Below are positions 29,559 through 29,903 of a DNA stretch of 29,903 nt, piece after piece. The stretch is taken from contig JADGIF010000038.1 in NCBI GenBank assembly GCA_018985225.1, positions 1-29,903 of the forward strand. The letters run 5' to 3'. The position numbers and the translations under genes were made by a program. Source of the stretch: Amoeboradix gromovi X-113. Its lineage: Eukaryota; Fungi; Sanchytriomycota. The stretch's first letter is position 1. Each line of letters begins with the position of its first letter. Under the pieces are notes generated by a model. It was not told the origin of the DNA, searched no databases, and saw only the letters and a list, made by a program, of their open reading frames with translations.

Positions 29559-29903
29559 GGGACACCAAACATAAAAACTAGACTAACTCGTTTTTAAAGG
29601 TGCACCATACGGAGGAAATACTATCATTAATAAAGCCCTTCTTCTTTTATTGATTGTATTCCCTCTTCAAAATAAAACTAGAAGACCCTGCATCTCGTTC
29701 AAATATATGAGGTCTTTAAGCATCTAAGCAAAAGGTGCATTTTCTTAGACGGTACTCTGTTCTAGAGTCATTTTGTAATGTTATACTAACATCATTACTC
29801 TTATCTATTCTAGTTTTACAGATTAGTAGTGATATTTTATTTGAAATAAGATTGGATGAAAGAGTAAGAGAATAGCTGTACAGAATATTTATTTTCCTTT
29901 TAT
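29559..29903 (-). mobile_element. TIR element copy 4, inverted, left part cut by the window end
   Basis: The reverse complement matches copies 1-3. It retains CTFC...FERDAGSS with a CAA>TAA stop, and its right TIR is at 29559-29588. Confidence 0.9.

Overview
AT-rich, very gene-dense eukaryotic nuclear DNA read in the standard genetic code. The gene set is fungal-type (Rua1-C factor, PHO80-type cyclin, GT71 mannosyltransferase, PFK with N-terminal extension, Cbk1/NDR kinase) but also includes pecanex-like and TMEM164-like genes. This suggests a compact early-diverging (zoosporic/holomycotan) fungus; that placement is inference. There are about 19 protein genes, one tRNA-Thr(CGU) and a ClpB/Hsp104 pseudogene fragment. 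The ORF track misses two signals. (1) Nine intergenic relics of TnpB/Fanzor RNA-guided-nuclease elements fall into three families: four copies of a ~440-bp element with 30-bp TIRs that still encodes a CxxC...FERD C-terminus running into its right TIR; three copies of an IS607-type element with a structured, conserved right end (two also keep a TnpA HTH remnant and the RDxMAA motif); and two older relics. The first two families look like non-autonomous 'ghost' omega-RNA loci, each with a different potential guide. No intact nuclease or transposase gene lies in the window. (2) Three ultra-short spliceosomal introns of 19, 20 and 21 nt, each with a putative branch A at -6. All family calls come from motif recognition by eye; no database search was run.
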